Virus record (IMG/VR): IMGVR_UViG_3300045988_115476
DNA: 64,000 nt
Origin: a virus
Strand: one strand, 5' to 3'
Below, one piece after another: positions 9,152-19,700 of the stretch. Below the pieces are notes generated by a model. It saw only the letters and a program-made list of their open reading frames with translations. It was not told where the DNA came from and made no database searches. Positions within the stretch are counted from its first letter, which is position 1. Every line of letters begins with the position of its first letter. The position numbers and the translations under genes are program-made.

Positions 9152-9637
9152 TTATATTGAGTAAACAGAAAAGTCAACACTATCCTTCTCGGCCCATCCC
9201 TCTTGTAGCGTATCATTGATGAATTTGATGGCACTTGTGTAGAAGTCCGAGAGCTCATCAACCGTTTTGAAGTCGTAGTACTTTGGGGCTTTATCCGTTC
9301 CGAACTTGAAACGCACGGGGAGATTTTGACCATTGGTTTGTACGGCCAAGTCGAAGGACGCCTTGTAGTTGAACTGATTCTCTGACGACAGCCACACAGG
9401 CATGTCTTTCCAGGAGAATCCCGATAGAATCTTTGCATCCACTTGGCCATTGTGGAACTTAACGATCGTATCCCGAATCTCCTCCAATGTAGGCTTGTGG
9501 TCATAGTCCTGCTCGTACCAGTCGGAAGAACCATCCTCCTTCTCCGTAATGTTCCAACGGATTTTCCACTTGTTCTTGCGTGGGCTCACACACTCAATTG
9601 GCAAAACACCAATGCAACCATTTACTTTCATTACCAT
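9152..9637 (-). CDS. hypothetical protein (161 aa)
   Basis: ORF directly downstream of the giant fibre gene. Confidence 0.5.
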   Translation of the reverse strand: MVMKVNGCIGVLPIECVSPRKNKWKIRWNITEKEDGSSDWYEQDYDHKPTLEEIRDTIVKFHNGQVDAKILSGFSWKDMPVWLSSENQFNYKASFDLAVQTNGQNLPVRFKFGTDKAPKYYDFKTVDELSDFYTSAIKFINDTLQEGWAEKDSVDFSVYSI

Positions 9638-9740
9638 AATCTTAAAGTTTTAGCATAAGACATATCTATTAAATCCCTTGCAGCGAACCGTTTTGACGCT
9701 GCAACACACGCCCTTCTTTGCGTCTTCACTATTTTTGATT

Positions 9741-9799
9741 CATCCAAACGGCGGAGGCCGGGACGAATCCCGCCTCGCACCACGGATGGACGCTTTTTC
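9741..9799 (+). terminator. GC-rich hairpin plus T5, oriented against the flanking minus-strand genes
   Basis: CATCC...GGGA-CGAA-TCCC...GGATG followed by ACGCTTTTTCG on the plus strand. Confidence 0.3.
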
Positions 9800-9810
9800 G
9801 ACTTTCCGCA

Positions 9811-12800
9811 TCATGCTATCATGCTAATTGACAAGAACTGAGACACCGAAGACGCCTCCTTGATTGTTCCTCGGAAGGCAAGCCGAGACCCGAATGCCGT
9901 GTCCACGTCCGCAGAATCGTAAGCCGCACACACACACGACACACCGCTACGCGCATTCGCGCTGTAGCCCGACCGATAGGACACACGGAACGGTGAATTA
10001 TTTATAAAGATGTCGTCGTAGTAGTTAGAGGTCTCTGATCCTCCGCCTTTTGCCGTGACAATATCCATGAACCTGCCATGAACAACATTTTTGGGATAGG
10101 TACTACCATACAACTTCGCGCCCTGGATCTGACGCTCCGTACCGTCAGGCATAACGGAACGCCAAATGTAATCAACCTTTTCTTTGTTGATATACACCTC
10201 AACCCACTCTGCTTTGTTTCCTTGCCAGTTATCATAACCCATACATACGGGCGATCCGATTGGTGTACGCACCTCGTCGTCTTCGTTTTTGAGAACATAC
10301 GCATTCGCATTCCGATACGAACCATTGCTGATAACAGGAGGCGTATCGCCATCCTTTGCGGTAGGCTTGGTGTCCTGCATACCCGTGGCGTCGGAAGCAC
10401 CTGTTGCACGGCTGGTTGAAGAAGTACCTGCGCCGCACGTTCCTTGACTATCGCGCTCGCCATACTTGGCAAAGAAGAGATTGCCAACATCCTTGTGCAT
10501 TTCCCAGTCTATCAACTGGAATCCCTCGCCACGGTTTCTTGCGTAAATTTTGAAGTCTTCGTAGGAGATATTACCAGTTGATTGCACGCCGCTGATGGAA
10601 TAGAGATAGTCGTCACGCAGCAGGGCCTCATAAACGCCGACGAGACATTCTTCATGCTCAACCCAGTCAGGCTCAATGGCCTCTATTCTGTCGCTCTTCG
10701 TAAGGAGGACATAATCAAATGGGGCATCATTGGCAATGGTGAATGCGAGCGTAACGGCATTCTTTGGTATGCTGGTAAAGCAATACATTCCGGCAATGAG
10801 ACCACTATCCGATGAAGCCTTCATGCGCTTAACGATCGTCCCGTTAGCATCAAGCATAACTGCGCCATACAAGGCAGACGGCAGTGACGGGTATCTAACC
10901 TGCTTGTACCCACTGATTTCGACAGTTACATAACTATCCGAGCTCATCACGGTTTCTGCCTCTGCAAGCGTTGTGTAATCAAGGTTTGCACGAACCGCAT
11001 ACCCCTTCTTTACGGTGAGGGATTCAAACTCTATTTTTTTGAAATCAAACGATGCGGGACACTTCTTGAGGGAGCTAAACAATGAGTACTTTTCCTTGTT
11101 GAAAATATCGTTGATACCCTTGTACCAATAATGCGGCTCTCGCATCATTACATCACCCATCTCACCCGTCAGCTTGGCGGGTGTAGCCTTTGTCACGTCT
11201 GCCGCATCTGCGAAGAAATTGCTATTCTTGTCGTGAAGTTGACAAACAGTAACCTCCTTCACGCCAGTCTTCTTCGTAAGGACACGATGGCGATTCGACA
11301 GAATCTTTGCGACATGACCACTCGGTACAAACGCCTTGTCATATTCGTAGCCCGTCTCATTGTCAAGATTGGAAATGTTGGCACTATCTGAGACACTATC
11401 ATCAAACTTGATCATAGTGTATTCAGGTTGGCTCACATTGAGCTCGGGATAATGAGAGACGTATGCAGCAAATGTATCGTCGTCAACGTAACGGGTGAGC
11501 CTATACGACCCCACGAGGGCGCAGGTGTCCGTATAACTTCCTCCCTCATCAACACCGCCAACGTTCATATACTTATCAAGCAATGCGCCGTCACCCTCCA
11601 TGTCAATACCCGTTATGCGGATTCTTTTGACATTGACGCACTTGTCAAGCAGCGTTTTCCAGTCAAGATTTGGACAGCCAGAGAACACAAACGTATTCAC
11701 ATTGGTGAAACTTTCAACTGAAAGGCCCGACGGGGTGAGCTTTGACAAATATTCCAGCCTCAGCGAAGTAATGGTACCAGGGAGATAGGCCGATGTGACG
11801 GGAGCGCCCTTCGCAAAGTTGACGCTCTCAACATTTGTGCCCCTTGCGTCAAGATACTCAAGCCTTGTCTGACTGGAAAGATCAATTTCTTTCGACGTAT
11901 TGCTACCCGTCTTGGCCTGCGACTGGTTGCGAAGGTTTATGCGCTTGAGAGACTTGCACGCATTCAGAACAAGCCACCATCCGGTAGAGCCAGTCCCAGC
12001 AGATTGCAAATTCAACTCACGCAGCACATCACACTTGCCGAGATCAAGGCCATTCTTCAAGTGATCAGCTGCGCCCGTCATGTCAAGCACGCGCATTCTA
12101 CTTGCTCCGTACATTCTCAACGGGTCATTGACTGTATATGCGCCATTGATGGTAAGCGTGGCCACCTCTCCCTCCTTGACAATTCCCGTGTTTTCGATGT
12201 TCGGGGAGTTGTTTGTACCATATCCGAAGGCATACACCTCGTTGGCCGTTATCTTTACGCTATCTGCAGCATCGGCAGCATTGCGGGAAATGTACATGTC
12301 AACATTGTCCGAAGTGAAGTTGCTCGTCCCATACTTAGCATCAAGCAATGCGAAACGATTCTTGATAAAGTACTCACGATGGGAGATGTTAGAACCCTGC
12401 AAGGCATAGATAAACGGCCACAACTTTCCATACATTACCTGAACGGCAGGCTTGATATATTTCAACTCGCCAGACTTGTTAAATGCACGGTCTGACCAAT
12501 GGCCACTTTGTTCCTTGTTAAACATGTTGAGCACACGCTCGTTGGTCATTACCTGCCTCAGCTTCGCCGCACATCGCTTCAAATCATCTTGCAGGTTAGC
12601 AAGCACCAAGTTCCACAACCAACTATCACGGCCCTCGAATGCGTACTTACTTGCCTCTGCGTCGTAAGTATCTCTATCCGTCGTATATACATATACAAGG
12701 AAGCAGTCGTTGCGTTTACCAAGCTGAGTGTCTCCGTCATAGTAGGTGATATACCATTTCAGTCCGTCCCATGTACGAAGCATCATGTTCTTTGCCCGTT

Positions 12801-15800
12801 GATCAACTGACAAGAAATAGTCCGTCCACAGGTAGTAGGTCAGAATGAAATCCTTATCGAAATACTGATCAATCTCCTTGGCAAACTTCTCACTCTTGAA
12901 AGTTGAAAGGTCGTTTGGATTTGCACCTGCCGGGACACATGACCTTATCCATCCAAAGAGACGCTTCAAGGCGTTTTGGCGCGCCTCATCCAGTCCGGCC
13001 CACTTCACATCGTCGGGATAATTGGTTTCAAGTCCCTTGTCGAAATTGGCAACGAGGTCTTCATCGCTATCGCTTTGGAACAAGCAGGTCTTCTCGCCAT
13101 TGTTGAGCGTTTCCAGCGTGAGAGGACACTCGGGAGTAAACCCGTCCAATCCAGTCATGCCAAACAAGGTTTCACTCTTCGACTTCTCATTGTTGAAGTT
13201 GTACTGACCATAGTACTCACTCTCGCTATCTACCGTTTCGGAGCAAAAAATGTCGATAGGAATGCCATCAATAGCCGTGCGAATATTGACGGCAGACAAA
13301 GAGTTGCCGCCTTTCTCATACTGATAGCGTTGCGGAGGAGTAAGCAGGCCGAGCTCCTTGAACACGTCATTGAACAACTTTGCGCCACCCGTATTGAGCG
13401 ACATGGAGCTATCTGAGTAGTCAGACTTGCAGCAGAAGAGATTCATGAGGATAGCACCCGGCCGCATAGAGTAGCGATTCTTTCCGTTAGGATCCAAGAC
13501 GCCGCCAACGGTAAAGGAAAGTGTCTCTCCTCCCTTGGCGCAGTAAATACGAATATTTTTTGACGGGTACTTGGTTGAAGACGTTCCCTGGATGCGAATA
13601 TTGCAGTCGCGGAGAATGAAGTCATACTCCTTTCCATAGGGCGAGTAGAAATAAATGTCGGCCTTAAAGTCCGTCTTCTTATTGTTCTCGGCATACACGT
13701 CGTCGAGCTTGTTTGCGCGAACGATGCGCAGCACGCCCTTACCCTTTGCGCGGATTTTGTCAATATCCACGCCGCCAGTGTCTCCAAGAATGTTGTTCTC
13801 GTCAAACAAAGCCATCATCTCGTCGCTCGTATCGGCATCTACGGTGTTGTTGTCAAGCTCCTCATCGTCACTAATGGCACGACGATAGATGCGGACGTTT
13901 TTCACCTCCACATCGGCCTCAGAGCTCTCGATACTCAGCTTCTGAGGGTTGTCTTGCGCAAAATTGAACGAGTTGTCGTAAATATCCGCACCCGTTCTGT
14001 TTCCGTTGACATATAGGTGCATAAGGCGATGATTGTCTTTCGTGTCAATGGCAAGGGCAATCTTGTGGTACTTGTCAGGCACGAAGTTTGTTCCGAGCTT
14101 GATCTCACGGGTCACCTGTTCGTCATCCTCATTGGTGTAAGTGATCGTTTGTCCCGTCTTGAAACTCGCTTCCTCTGAGGTTACAAGCAGACCCTTACCG
14201 TTATCAATACAACTGATAACATTGGCCGACCGCTTCATAACCCTACTTACCTTGACGGTCATCTCAATGGTAAGACCGGTCGCCTTGACATCACGCTCGA
14301 ACGGCTTGTAGTCAAAGACAATCTTTGCGCCATTGGTCAGTTTGAGGCTATCGCCAGTCCAACCGTTACTACTCCAGTCGAATCCTTGAAACTCAGTAGT
14401 GATACCTCCTGATTCCCATTGCGCTGGATTGCTCTCTGAGTTGCTTCGTCCGGCAGCATCAAACTTTGCCACAAGGCCATAGGTGGCCTCGTTGAGATTG
14501 ATGCTACTTTCTGCCACTTCAATGCCAAGCTGATAACTCTTCGTTCCTACCTTCATAAGGAGGGTCTGCTTTCCCTTTGTGGTGAAACGGTTGGTGTAGT
14601 ACTGCATGGAACGCGGGGCATTGATGGTGTTCGTCAACTTCCCATTCAGATAGACCTCGACCAAGGCAGGAGTTGTCTCCGGATCGTAAGCAATGAAGGC
14701 AAACGTCGTCTGGTCGTACTGCGACGCAGGTAGCGACGGGCTAAGATGATTTGTGGTAAGGATTGTTCCCGTCTTATCGGTGTATTTCACGCCGATAAAC
14801 GGCTCTTTATTACCCGCTTTGAGAATATCCATGAAGATGCTATCACTCTTCAATCCGTCTCGCTCAGCAACAAGTTGAACCGTATGCCTTCCCGCAGAAA
14901 GCGTAGAGGCATTGATCGTAAATGAGCCATTCACCGTTCCACTCTTGCTGATAGTCTGTGACACGGGCGTAGAAGAACCGTCAACGTGCATTGATACGTC
15001 TTTCGTACCACTACCAGTAATCGTAAACGGAATCTCAATCGTTTCACCATTCTTGTAACCGCCTCCAATAATGGTAGAGCCAAGGTTGTACGAACTTGTG
15101 AGTTTGAGTGTGACAACAGTAACGGACGCATAGGCCCGCTTGGTCTGCTTCGTTCCATCTTCGGTAATGGCCACAACATCAACGTTTATGTCCGTGACAC
15201 CTACAAGCAAATAGTCAGACACGTCAAGCGTGTAGCTACCCGCGCTGACATTCTTCGTCGTTACTTGATAGGTTTGCGTAGTACCACGGGATATAGTAAT
15301 GGTTATGTCTGCCTTGATACCGTCGCTATCTCCACTCGAATTGACATGGTTGTATGTGTAGGACAACTGTACGTTATCGCCCTCTTTTACCTGCTTCTTG
15401 TCAACGGACGCAGATATTAAGATTTGGCTTGCGGTAGAACCACCACCGCCGCCACCACCGCCGCTAAATTCAGCGGAGGCAATAACAGTGCCCTTCTTAT
15501 TGCGAATATTGATGGTGTTCTTGTCTTCACTCTCAATCACCTCCATTCCACCAATGGCAGCGTCACTAATCTCGTTGACTTTTGCCGTAATGACCTTGTT
15601 TTGTACGGGATTGGTACTATCCTGGTCCAAACTCTCGTCCACGGCGATTTGGTCTATATTGAGCGACACATTCCCGTTGCCGTCCGGCGCGATCTCTGAT
15701 CCGTTGAGCGAAATAGATTTGATTTTCCCGCCGCCGTACTCTTCCCAACTCTCGGGAGTGAGAAATTTGTCAATACTACTGGCCGTAAAGCGGTAGTCGG

Positions 15801-16719
15801 CCCACACGCCAGCAGACTGCTCGAAAGTAAGGATCATGCCGGGCTTGTCCTCATCCTTTATTTTCGCATTGGCAAGTGCTGCAATGGCCGTCTGCTTGGT
15901 GTAGAATCCATTGCTAAGAGGCTGCTCATTCGTGACATTGTAGAATCCGCTACCCGAGCCACTTCCGCTTACCTCAGAAAGCGTGCCATCCTCTTCGCTC
16001 CATGCGTAGATAGATGCGCCGTGAAGATACACTTTGTCCTTCAAGACGCTCGTCCTGCTGTCGTCCATATAGAGACCGGCCTTGCCCCAGTTGTTGACAT
16101 AGTTTGTACCGCTTCGCCCGACAAATACCAGGCGGGCCGTATCAAAGAACACACCATCAACATCAATGACAGAAACCTGCTCAATGGTTACGTCCTCCAC
16201 AAAACCGTCGAAGCGGGCCGTAGCGCCATCCCTTGCAGAAATAGCCACCTCCTTGTAACCAGTCTCAACGGCCTCAGCACGTTCCGCAGCCGCATCAGCC
16301 GCCTCGGCAGACTTGGTGGCCTTGGCCGCAGCGTCCGTAGCGAGTTGCGCCGCCGTTTGTGCCGAGGAAGTTGCCGTGTCGGCCTTGGCCGCCGCATCCG
16401 TAGCTTTCTGTGCCGCCGCATCCGTCTTGGCCTTTGCTTCCTGCGTGGCCGCATCGGATCTCCCAATGGCTTCCTTTACCGCGCTATCGGCCTTGGCAAT
16501 TGCGTCCTGCGTGGCCACCTCTGCCTTGGCCGCTGCATCCGTAGCTGGCTTGGAGAGAAGATTCACGGGGGCACTTACAAGTTGGCCTCCCTTCATGGTA
16601 GGAAGGCTTTGCACGCCATCGAGGGTATCGACTACTTCGAGCTCGCTGACATCCTGCGATTCCGCCTGTATATCGGCGAGAACGGCTTTCTTAATCTCGT
16701 CTTTTTCCTCTGTTGTCAT
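9811..16719 (-). CDS. giant tail fibre / receptor-binding protein (2302 aa)
   Basis: Uninterrupted ORF. Contains an Ala-rich coiled N-terminus, a G7 linker, a CotH-like block (DQRAKNMMLRTWDGLKWYITYYDGDTQLG), a leucine-rich-repeat block, and a lectin/FGE-like tail ending GSRLAFRG. Confidence 0.75.
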   Translation of the reverse strand: MTTEEKDEIKKAVLADIQAESQDVSELEVVDTLDGVQSLPTMKGGQLVSAPVNLLSKPATDAAAKAEVATQDAIAKADSAVKEAIGRSDAATQEAKAKTDAAAQKATDAAAKADTATSSAQTAAQLATDAAAKATKSAEAADAAAERAEAVETGYKEVAISARDGATARFDGFVEDVTIEQVSVIDVDGVFFDTARLVFVGRSGTNYVNNWGKAGLYMDDSRTSVLKDKVYLHGASIYAWSEEDGTLSEVSGSGSGSGFYNVTNEQPLSNGFYTKQTAIAALANAKIKDEDKPGMILTFEQSAGVWADYRFTASSIDKFLTPESWEEYGGGKIKSISLNGSEIAPDGNGNVSLNIDQIAVDESLDQDSTNPVQNKVITAKVNEISDAAIGGMEVIESEDKNTINIRNKKGTVIASAEFSGGGGGGGGSTASQILISASVDKKQVKEGDNVQLSYTYNHVNSSGDSDGIKADITITISRGTTQTYQVTTKNVSAGSYTLDVSDYLLVGVTDINVDVVAITEDGTKQTKRAYASVTVVTLKLTSSYNLGSTIIGGGYKNGETIEIPFTITGSGTKDVSMHVDGSSTPVSQTISKSGTVNGSFTINASTLSAGRHTVQLVAERDGLKSDSIFMDILKAGNKEPFIGVKYTDKTGTILTTNHLSPSLPASQYDQTTFAFIAYDPETTPALVEVYLNGKLTNTINAPRSMQYYTNRFTTKGKQTLLMKVGTKSYQLGIEVAESSINLNEATYGLVAKFDAAGRSNSESNPAQWESGGITTEFQGFDWSSNGWTGDSLKLTNGAKIVFDYKPFERDVKATGLTIEMTVKVSRVMKRSANVISCIDNGKGLLVTSEEASFKTGQTITYTNEDDEQVTREIKLGTNFVPDKYHKIALAIDTKDNHRLMHLYVNGNRTGADIYDNSFNFAQDNPQKLSIESSEADVEVKNVRIYRRAISDDEELDNNTVDADTSDEMMALFDENNILGDTGGVDIDKIRAKGKGVLRIVRANKLDDVYAENNKKTDFKADIYFYSPYGKEYDFILRDCNIRIQGTSSTKYPSKNIRIYCAKGGETLSFTVGGVLDPNGKNRYSMRPGAILMNLFCCKSDYSDSSMSLNTGGAKLFNDVFKELGLLTPPQRYQYEKGGNSLSAVNIRTAIDGIPIDIFCSETVDSESEYYGQYNFNNEKSKSETLFGMTGLDGFTPECPLTLETLNNGEKTCLFQSDSDEDLVANFDKGLETNYPDDVKWAGLDEARQNALKRLFGWIRSCVPAGANPNDLSTFKSEKFAKEIDQYFDKDFILTYYLWTDYFLSVDQRAKNMMLRTWDGLKWYITYYDGDTQLGKRNDCFLVYVYTTDRDTYDAEASKYAFEGRDSWLWNLVLANLQDDLKRCAAKLRQVMTNERVLNMFNKEQSGHWSDRAFNKSGELKYIKPAVQVMYGKLWPFIYALQGSNISHREYFIKNRFALLDAKYGTSNFTSDNVDMYISRNAADAADSVKITANEVYAFGYGTNNSPNIENTGIVKEGEVATLTINGAYTVNDPLRMYGASRMRVLDMTGAADHLKNGLDLGKCDVLRELNLQSAGTGSTGWWLVLNACKSLKRINLRNQSQAKTGSNTSKEIDLSSQTRLEYLDARGTNVESVNFAKGAPVTSAYLPGTITSLRLEYLSKLTPSGLSVESFTNVNTFVFSGCPNLDWKTLLDKCVNVKRIRITGIDMEGDGALLDKYMNVGGVDEGGSYTDTCALVGSYRLTRYVDDDTFAAYVSHYPELNVSQPEYTMIKFDDSVSDSANISNLDNETGYEYDKAFVPSGHVAKILSNRHRVLTKKTGVKEVTVCQLHDKNSNFFADAADVTKATPAKLTGEMGDVMMREPHYWYKGINDIFNKEKYSLFSSLKKCPASFDFKKIEFESLTVKKGYAVRANLDYTTLAEAETVMSSDSYVTVEISGYKQVRYPSLPSALYGAVMLDANGTIVKRMKASSDSGLIAGMYCFTSIPKNAVTLAFTIANDAPFDYVLLTKSDRIEAIEPDWVEHEECLVGVYEALLRDDYLYSISGVQSTGNISYEDFKIYARNRGEGFQLIDWEMHKDVGNLFFAKYGERDSQGTCGAGTSSTSRATGASDATGMQDTKPTAKDGDTPPVISNGSYRNANAYVLKNEDDEVRTPIGSPVCMGYDNWQGNKAEWVEVYINKEKVDYIWRSVMPDGTERQIQGAKLYGSTYPKNVVHGRFMDIVTAKGGGSETSNYYDDIFINNSPFRVSYRSGYSANARSGVSCVCAAYDSADVDTAFGSRLAFRGTIKEASSVSQFLSISMIA

Positions 16720-16730
16720 ATATTCTTAGT

Positions 16731-19700
16731 TTAGTTTAAAACACTTGGGTTTAACACTGATTTTGCATAAATATACTTTAAGTCTGCATCCGTAGCCAAC
16801 TCAAAGTCAGATGTGTTGAGTATTGTCCACGAGCATCCGTCTGCACCAGGCTGAACAAATGCCTTCAAACGGACACGACAGAAGTTACCGCCCAACTTGA
16901 CACTCGTAATGTGCGTGTTGCGGTAAAGTAGGCATTGGGTTGGATCATTGTTTGACGGTATGTTAATGAACGTATCTGTGGCGGTAGCGTTAATAACATC
17001 ACATTCTACTCCGTCGATTTCCTTATATGCGGGCAGGACAAGGCCGGCTTCGGCCCGCTTGGTGTCACTTACCATCACGTTCATTCCCGTATCAACTGAC
17101 GGCCATTGCGTTTGAGCAGCGCCCACGTTATTGTATGGCGAACCGATTGCGCCAATAAACTTACCACTGTTTGCGACGACCGTTCCTTCATACCGGCCGT
17201 TCTTGGCAGCCATATTCCCCTCTTTATCAATTTTGAAGTTGCCGTTTATGGTCGCATAGCCTTCCAGTTGTATATTATCGGCAAACAGTTTGATGCTCGA
17301 CTTACCGTCCTCTCCCTTCACCTCAACACCTATGAGGGCAAACTTGCCATCACTACCCTGTGAATAGATACCGACTCCAGTAGGCTTCACCATAATACCG
17401 CTATCTGCCAATACATTTCCGTCCTTGTCAAAATTCTGTGCAGCAATATTGATTAGCTTGTCACTCTGTTCGAAGAGCGTGCGATACTTATAGGTGAGGC
17501 TATCCACTTTGTCTGTGCTTAGGACAAGCATGTACAGATAGATCTCGCCAGTGAACGACAACTTGAAGTCACCCGTGCCGTTCCAAATACCTTCACAAGT
17601 GAATTGCTGGTAGCCGTCCGTCACACCGACCTCCTGCTCAATGTTGAACGATTCAAAATCGGCAAATCCCGTCTTATCCACACCCTCAAAGGTGACTGTG
17701 AGTTTTCCAGCAGTAGCGCATCGGTAGAAGAAGGCAAGGTACACGGGTTGCGCCTCCTTCGTCCCGTCCGCATTCGTTGGCATGTCGGGTTTCTTTGCGA
17801 GATTCTTATTCTTCTGACAGATGTACTTGTTCTTGATATGTACGACCGTACGGCCCATGTCCTTGACAACAATGGCGCTATCGCCACGCTTGGATAGCAC
17901 GTTATTGTTCGCATATATCCATTTATTGCCAACGAGGAAGAATACCGTCTCGTTCTGTGTGCCCCATTTGTCAAAGCCTTCGTTGAATGATGGGTTGCTA
18001 AGATACCCCCTGTCAGGCATGAGGTCTTGGCGCACGCCCTCCACCGCACTCTCTATCTTTCCGTCCGTAATCTCGAAACGGGTCTTTACGTCTTCACCCG
18101 TCTCAAGCAGGAATGTACCCTTCAAAAAGGCATTGTCGCAATAAAGACCGTCACCGTTAGGCTGGTTCGAGGCAGGAAACCAATCATCATTGATTCCGTC
18201 AAGGTTGCCAAGCCGGGCGCGAAGAGATTTATCAAATCCTTTGTGATTCACGCCATTCACGACATCTATGCGAGGATTTCCATCCTCTGTTGCTGAAATC
18301 AGGACGAGATTCTGACGCTTTGTATTGATGGTGTTGCCCATAAGGACACACTCGTCTCCTACGGCTGGAAGGGAATTGGTAAACTCGCTTTTGGGAATAA
18401 TCACGCCGTCTTTCGTAACACTCGCCACCTCGGCCCAATAACTCTTCAAGTTTTTGCCTGTAAAGGTTTGGCAACGTACAAGATCGTGGGCAACAAACGT
18501 GTTCTCCTGCTCAAACTCAATAACATAGTTGTCCTCGTATTCTTTGACGGACTTGATTTTTCCATTGGCAGCACTCACGCATATCTGGCCTCCAACACTT
18601 CGGATTTTCTCGATCAGCAGCTCGAAAATAACCATCGTTTGGCGAACAGTAAGCCTATCAAGAGTAAGATTAGCGAGCTTTGAATCGTCTATCCAAAGCT
18701 TGAATCCGTTTCCGTTGAATCCGTCAACGAAGTTTGGCGTGCCCAAGTACCCGCGCAACTTCACAATATCAGTCTCACACATACCGTCATTGCCAAGTCG
18801 CGTGCCGTGGCCTTCCGCACCGCTAACGAATGTCCCGCTATCGGACACGATCACGTCGCCTTTTACTGTGGCGCGTCCATTGCTCTGAAATTCGCCGACG
18901 GTTAGCCTGTACTTGGTCGAATCATCATGCAGCTTGGACAGATAAGCCTTATCAGTGATTGACATATTGATGTTAGAGCCGCCGCCAGCAAGGTTGGCAA
19001 GTGGCCTTACCACCTCTCCCTTGACAGAATCGACGATATTCTTTACGTCACTTTGGGTTATTTCAAGAGACTTGACGAGCTCCACATCAACCTCCATCAA
19101 TACAGAGTTCTCTGCCTTGACCGTAAAGCTGCTGACAAAAAGCTCATATTGCTTGCCATTGTACTCAACCTTTATTTTTGAGTTTTCGTTCAACCTGCTC
19201 GCAAACGATGGATTCTCCTGCAAGAATACGCGAGAAAACTTGACATTGATGTTGAATTGGTCTTCGTTATTCTCGAACATATACTTGATAAGCGCATCAT
19301 CCAGTCGCTTCTCTGCTGCCGTAACGAGTGAATACGGCGCTTTGATGCCCGTGATAACAAACTTTTCGCCCTTCTTTGGCTTGAAGTTGTTCGCAGCGTT
19401 AGGCATGATGATGCCAAGTGTGCTTGCGTCTTTTTTCAGAGCAATCCACAATTCATGTTTGCGGGAATCTTGGTTGTATGTGTCCGACGCTGCCTCATCC
19501 GGAGAGAGAATATAGTCGCCAGTCTCTTTGCCGTCAATCTTTTTCAGGTTTCCGATAGCATCCGTGCTGACAGGATTGTAAAACTTCTTTCCATCCGAAC
19601 TCTTGTGTGTCTGAATTTCGAAGCTACAAGCGGGACAGCCAATACTATCTACCAAATTGATTTTAGCGGTATCTGACGCCAATGCACTTGCGAAGAGGTC

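Noticed and set aside
9811-10000. The C-terminus of the 2302-aa fibre (...SGYSANARSGVSCVCAAYDSADVDTAFGSRLAFRG) looks like the variable region of a diversity-generating retroelement target.
   Set aside because: No reverse transcriptase ORF (no YxDD-type motif in any frame that I could see), no Avd-like gene and no template-repeat copy of this segment occur anywhere in the window. The downstream ORF 9152-9637 is unrelated. A DGR located outside the window cannot be excluded.
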